Positions 57,582 to 64,000 of a stretch of DNA of 64,000 nt are shown here, one piece after another. The stretch's first letter is position 1. Each line of letters opens with the position of its first letter. The stretch covers positions 3,720,001 through 3,784,000 of the forward strand of contig OY986948.1 of NCBI GenBank assembly GCA_963920595.1. Direction: 5' to 3'. The notes under the pieces are model-generated. The model was not told the DNA's origin and searched no databases. It worked only from the letters and a program-made list of their open reading frames with translations. The translations under genes and the position numbers were made by a program. This stretch comes from Eimeria praecox (Eukaryota).

Positions 57582-58355
57582 ATGGCGTCAGCCTCCCCCT
57601 CCCCGAGGGCCTCGCCTCGGGGCCCCCGCAGCAACTCTATGTCAATTAGAGATAATAAAGATATGAATATTGATAGAGATAGAAATAGAGACAGAGATAG
57701 AGACAGAGATAGAGAAGAAGATAGAGATAGAGATAGAGATAGAGAAGAAGATAGAGAAGAAGATAGAGATAGAGAAGAAGATAGAGATAGAGAAGAAGAT
57801 AGAGATAGAGACAGAGATAGAGACGGAGATAGAAACAGAGACAGAGAGTTTGAGAGAGACAGAGGTAGAGAGTTTGAGAGAGACAGAGATAGAGAGTTTG
57901 AGAGAGACAGAGATAGAGAGTATGAGAGAGACAGAGATAGAGAGTATGAGAGAGACAGAGATAGAGACAGAGACAGAGAAAGAGACAGAGGGTTTGAAGT
58001 AGACAGGGAACGAGGGAGGGGGAGAGACAGAATCGTAGAGAGAGACACAAGATATACAGAAAGAGATAGAAGAACAAATACAATTATTATATCTAATCTA
58101 CCGAGAGATATTACTTTCAGAGAGGCTGAGGGCCTCGTTGATGAGGTGAGAGGCAGACAGACATAAATAAAATAAAATAAAATAAAATAAATAAATAAAT
58201 AAATAAATAAATAAACATATTTATTATTTAAAAACAAAGAAATAGAGACAGATAGACAGTTCACTCGCCCTCTAATTATATCTTCTTACTCTTCGGGTGT
58301 ATCCTCACATCCATTGCATGCAGCACTTCTCTCTTTAAGAGAACTACATCCTGAT

Positions 58356-58387
<32 letters not shown>

Positions 58388-60918
58388 TTATTATTATTTA
58401 TTAATTAATTGCTGCTGCTGTTGCTGCTGCTGCAGTTCGGGCGTCTTGCTGTCTTACCTAACTTAGATCGACTTCGAAATTCGACGGAGGCCACAGCAGA
58501 ATTCTGCGATCCCAGGTAAATAAATTATACGCATTCAGGTGTATAGGCAGCTCCTTCAGGTGTATAGGCAGCTCCTTTAGGTGTATAGGCAGCTGCTGCT
58601 TCAGGTGTATAGGCAGCTCCTTTAGGTGTATAGGCAGCTCCTTCAGGTGTATAGGCAGCTCCTTCAGGTGTATGGGCAGCTGCTTCAGGTGTATAGGCAG
58701 CTCCTTCAGGTGTATATATAAAGATATGTGTAGTGTATATGCATATTCATCAGGTGTATATACAGACACCTGAGGTGTATATGCACCTACGACGGATACA
58801 TTGCATGTATCTGTTTTGTATATATTTTCTGTATTGTTTTATTATTTTATTTATTTTATATATATTATTAATTGTATTTATATTATGAATATTATTAATT
58901 TTATTAATTTTATGTATTTTATATATTTTATTTATTTTATTTGTTTTTGTTTTTAGAGATGCAAGAGCAGCAGCAAAGTGTCTCGACGGAACCCTCTACT
59001 GTGGCCGTCGTATTCGTGTTATCTTGATGGGGGGCCCCCGAGGGGGCCCCCCTCGGAGGCCCCCCTTTCATTCTCGAAGGGGGGGCCCCGATCCCTACAG
59101 GGAAGAGTGGGGTAGGGGGGGCCCCTACGGCAGCAGCCGCAGTCCTAGTGAGTTTGGCCGCGGCAGCAGAAGGGGAGGGGGGGGCCCCCGGGGCCCCCGG
59201 GGCCCCGGGGGGCCCCGGGGGCCCCCCCATTATAGAGATGCCTGCAGCCCTGTAGGCAGCCGAGATCGTAGATGGATCCGCGAGGGGCCCCCCCCTCCTC
59301 GCCGCCGCAGCAGCAGCAGCAGCAGCAACAGCCGCAGCCGTCGCAGCAGCAGCAGCAGCAGAAAAGAACGAGGGAGGGCCCCCGTAGTTTCTTCTAGGGC
59401 CCCTATACCCCGCAGCAGCAGCAGACGCAGCAGCAGCCTCAATCCTATCAACAGCAACTCAGATAAAAGAAGCATCAGCAGGGAAGGGTTTGTTGGTGGG
59501 GGGGGGGCCCCGACTCGAAGGCGCTCAGGCAGCAGGGGCCCCAGCAGCATCAGCCCTCGTCGTGGCAGCAGGAGGAGTTGCAGCCGCAGCAACAGCAGCA
59601 CCAAGAGACAAATCACAAACAGCATAAGTAGAGGAGGGGCCCCCGAGGGGCCCCCCTCTATCCATACCACTCGCCGACCCCACCCCCCTCCCAGGGCCTC
59701 CTCTAGGAGTCCTTCAAGGGGCCCCTCTAGGGGCCCCTCTAGGGGCCCCTCTAGAGGCCCCTCTAGGAGCCCGTCGAGGGGCCCCTCAGGGGGCCCCTCG
59801 GGGGGGCCCTTGAGGGGCCCCCGTGAGGGGGGTAAGGCTAGGGGCCCCACCGATAGACCTCGCAGCCGCAGCGGCAGCCGTGGGAAGAGCAGCAGCAACC
59901 CGAGAAACGATAGAGAGGATAGTAGAAGAAGGAGCTTCAGCATAGACAGGAAGGGGGCCCCCCTGCAGCAACAGGGTCCTGGAGGGTCAGGTGAGGAACC
60001 CCACAGGGGCCCCCCTTCTAGGGGCCCCCCTCCTAGGGGCCCCCCTCCTGCTAGGGGAGGCCCCCGCAGTCTAAGTGGGGACAACAGCGATAGAGAAGAA
60101 GGATTGATAGGAAGAGAAGAAGAAGGACGGGAGGAGACAGATAGGAATCCCCCCGCTACCATCAGGCGTTCTAGCTGTGGTGTGGGGCGCCGCAGCAGCA
60201 GACGCGGGAGAAGCAGCAGCAGAAGCAGAAGCAGCAGCAGAAGCAGAAGCAACAGCAGCAGAAGGAGACAGCTGAAACGATCTAGCTACGAGGGAAGACG
60301 AAGAAGTACGAGCGGCCATCGTCGAGGCCCCACAGCCAGCCCTTCTCCACGACGCCTGGGGATCGGATCCCGGGATCGAGGGATCGGATCCCGGGATCGA
60401 GGGATCGGATCCCGGGATCGTGATATGGGATCCCGGGATCGTGGTGTTGGATCCCGCGAATGGGGGATCGAATCCAGGGATCGTGGGGTAGGATCAAGAG
60501 AACGTGATGGCGGATCCCGGGATCGTGGGGTTGGATCCCGGGATCGTGGGATCGGATCCCGGGATCGGGTTATGGGATCTCAGGAGAGGCGGCGCCTCAG
60601 TCCTTCGCCTAGAAGCCGACGCAGCAGCTCAGACAGTCTAAGAGACAGAATACGACGCCCTGGAGACAGAGAAAATGCTGCTGCTGCTGCTGCTGCTGCT
60701 GTACGGAGACCTTCCCCTCCATCAGATGAGCCGAGGCAGCAGCAAACGCTGGGGGCAACAGATGCTGCAGCACGAAGACGCAGCAGCAGTAGCAGAAGCA
60801 GAAGCAGAAGCACTAGCAGCAGACAAGATAGGAAGAGACGCAGTAGCTGCGGATACAGTAGAAGCCCCAGCAGGAAGCGTCGCAGCTGCAGCATCGCTGC
60901 TGCTGCAGCAAGTGCTCC

Positions 60919-60952
<34 letters not shown>

Positions 60953-62086
60953 GCAGCAGCAGCAACTGCTGCGGAGCCGCCGCCACGCAGCCGTCGCAAC
61001 AGCAGCATGAGCGAGACAAAGGCAGAGTCTTTGAAGGATTCTATGAAGACAGCAAGTGAGGAGACAGCCGCATCAGGAGAAGGGCTTTGTGGGGGGAAGC
61101 CCACTCCTGCTGCTGCTGCTGCTCCTGCTGCTGCTGCTGCTGAGCCAGCTGCTGCAGCTGCTGAGCCAGCTGCTGCTCCAGCTGCTGCTGGACCTGCTGC
61201 TGCGAGTAGTACTGAGAGCAGCAGCAGCAACAGCAGCAGCAGCAGCGGTGTTGCTGCTGCTGCTGCTGCAAAGCCTGAGGGGCGCGTCTCGAAGTGGAAG
61301 AGCCGCTGGGGTGTCGCCGCACCTTCGAGTGCTTCGCCTGCAGACAGCAGCAAGCCAGCAGCAGCAGCAGCAGCACCTGTTGCTGCTGCTGCAGCAGCAA
61401 CAACAACAACAACAGCAGCAGCAGCAGCAGCAACTGAGCAGCCAAAGACAGAGAAAGAAACAGCAGCACTTCCTTTTTTGAAGAGCACAACAGATAATGG
61501 AGGGACGAAGGGGGCACAGCAGGATATACAGGGGGCCCCCGGGGGCCCCTCAGAGACAGGCAAGGCAGCAGAAAAGTATTTGGGTTCGTTGGAGTCGAAA
61601 CCGAAGATTAGAATCGTATTATCTAGAAGCGCGCAGCAGCAGCTGAAGCAGCAGCAGCAGCAGCAGCGATCTGCTGCTACAGGACAAGGGGGAGCTGACG
61701 CATCTTCTGCTGCAGCCCTAGCGGAAGCCTACCTACTTGCAGCTGGAGAGACACCTGGTGCAGCAGCAGCAGCTGCTGCTGCTGCTGCTGATGCTGGTGG
61801 CAGCAATGAGCAGCAGCAGCAGCAGCAGCAGCAGCCAGAAGAAGCTGCGCAGCCCGCGGAGAAGGAAAGTGCTGCAGCACCAAAGACCTCTCCAGCAGCA
61901 GCAGCAGCAGCAGGTGCTGCTGCTGCTGCTGCTGCTGCTGCTTCTGAGACAGCAGGTGAAGGAGACAGAGAAGAGGATGCAGCAGAAGCAGCAGCAAAGG
62001 AGAGACACGAGAGACGTTTAGGTATACCTAAGACAATCAGAACGCCAGCAGCAGAGTGTATGGCAGACAGTGATGCAGCAGCAGCA

Positions 62087-62119
<33 letters not shown>

Positions 62120-62209
62120 GATGCTGAAGGGCTTGAAACAGAAGCAGAGACAAATGGAGATACGTCGTCATCCCCCTTCTGGCCCAACTCACAACCTGCT
62201 GCTGCTGCT

Positions 62210-62241
<32 letters not shown>

Positions 62242-62342
62242 TCAGAGGTCCCCTGTAAGGATGCGGAGGGGCTCGAGAAGCTCTTCGACATCTCCTCTCT
62301 ATCTTGGGCCCCCACTACCAGGACATAGAGAGAGGGAGGCTC

Positions 62343-62380
<38 letters not shown>

Positions 62381-63545
62381 GAAGCAGAAGGAAGAGAAGA
62401 TGAAGGGTCTCAGTGCAGCGGTGGCGTAGACAGCAGCAGCAGCAGCAGCAGCAGCAACATGTTTAAGAGGAGAGGATTCGGAAGAGAGACAAATAAAGGG
62501 ACGAGGGCGAATGCAGATGAAGAGCATGTTGCTGCTGCTGCTGCTGCTGCTGCAGCAGCACAGCAGCAACGGCGGCCGCGGACACGCAGCAGCAGCAGGA
62601 GCTACAGCAGAAACAGAGGAGGAAGAAGGAGAAGCAGCAGCAGCAACAGCAGCAGACGTAGCAGCAGAGACAATTACAGAAGGAGAAGGGGACGGAGGAG
62701 CTGGTCTCCCTCTTCTAGAGGGAGAGGATCTAGGGGCCCGAGCCCATATAAACTAAGAGACAGAGACAGAGGAGACAGAGAGGGGGATATGAGGAGGCCT
62801 TACAATCTGTATAGAGACAGAGATAGAGACAGAGACAGGGAAGATTATAGGGATGTTGACAGAGACAGAGACAGAGGAGACAGAGACAGAGGAGACAGAG
62901 ACAGAGGAGATAGAGACAGAGGAGACAGAGAGAGGGAGAGAGATATGTGTAGATATAGAGACAGAGATATGTATGGGGCGAGAGACAGAAGCAGAGACAA
63001 CAACTACTGGGAATATCGAGACAGAGACAGAGGAGACAGAGACAGAGGAGACAGAGACAGAGGAGACAGAGATAGAGGAGACAGAGACAGAGATAGAGAA
63101 GGGAAGTATCGTCAATACTATGGAGATAGAGAAGAGGGGAGAGACAGAGAAGACGGAAGAGACAGAGGGGGGGGATTCGAACCCTATGGAGGGCCTAGAC
63201 GTTGGCTTCAAGATGATCGTAGAGAGACAGAGGGCCCCTGGAGGGGGCCCCAGAGGGGCCCTGGGGGCAGACAGGCAGAAGGAGACAGCTACGGCTGGCG
63301 TGGAGGGGGGGCGGGCAGATACAGAGACAATCGAGGGTGGAGACGTAGTAGCAGCAGGGGTCCCCGGCTTGGGGCCTCTCCTGGATACGACCCCACACAC
63401 GATCCCAGACACGATCCCAGAGATGATCGGAGATACGATCCTAGACGGGATCGTAAGGAAAATTACAGACAGAATTCAAGAGACAACGGAAGAAGAGATA
63501 ATAGAGAAGATTATACACACAACTCTAGAGACAACTCAAAGTATG

Positions 63546-63585
<40 letters not shown>

Positions 63586-63634
63586 GAGAGCTAGCAGCGA
63601 GAGGCGAAGGTCGTGCAGCCGCAGCAACTCATAA
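57582..63634 (+). CDS. RRM-containing SR-like/RS-rich protein, 3 exons (57582-58145, 58436-58515, 58957-63634), about 1,773 aa
   Basis: RRM assembled across exons: TIIISNLPRDITFREAEGLVDE|FGRL..ATAEFCDPR|DARAAAKCLDGTLYCGRRIRVIL, resembling the SR-protein EFEDPRDA..LDG..GRRLRV pattern. Long RS/RD/RG-rich tail; splice phases consistent. Confidence 0.85.
58535..58715 (+). repeat. 21-bp tandem repeat (TCAGGTGTATAGGCAGCTCCT), about 8 copies, intronic
   Basis: Read directly. Confidence 0.92.
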
Positions 63635-63685
63635 TTGGGGTGTATGGGCAGGTTTGTGTGTATAGATATGATGGAGGTGGCTTCG

Positions 63686-63762
<77 letters not shown>

Positions 63763-63969
63763 GTGGGGATCTCTACGGTGTCTCTGTAGGTTCACGTGTA
63801 CATACACCTGAAGTTTGAATTATTATCTCATCTTTTTCGATTGTATACATCCAAAAGCATTGCTTTTGATGTTTTTCTTCTCTTATAAACAATCTAAATT
63901 GTCTAGTTAGTTTTATTCCCCCTATTATTCTTATCCTTCTCAGATAAGATTGAGTTGAGGGGCTTAGGC

Positions 63970-64000
<31 letters not shown>

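Noticed and set aside
59230..63412. Long antisense ORFs opposite the SR-like gene
   Set aside because: Shadow ORFs of GC-rich, low-complexity coding sequence.

Overview
Eukaryotic, coccidian (Eimeria-like) genomic DNA, judged from pervasive CAG/CTG tracts, interstitial (TTTAGGG)n, TGCATGCA palindromes and AT microsatellites. Most short ORFs in the track are off-frame readings of repeats. Reading conserved motifs between the repeats and checking splice phases by hand gives: an XPF/ERCC4 endonuclease (5'-truncated), a DHHC palmitoyltransferase, a repeat-poor island with an intact tRNA-Val(CAC) and a degenerate tRNA-Val-like element, a signal-peptide/2-TM protein, histone chaperone ASF1, a very large 7-exon telomerase reverse transcriptase (about 4,045 aa in my model, joining several separate ORFs), a divergent multi-exon hypothetical membrane protein, a 63-bp minisatellite and a large RRM/RS protein. 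The best leads concern telomere biology: the giant polyQ TERT, telomeric repeats at splice sites (one inside TERT), and a tRNA-like Pol III promoter pointing into a C-strand telomeric tract. All gene models are manual; no database searches were run.
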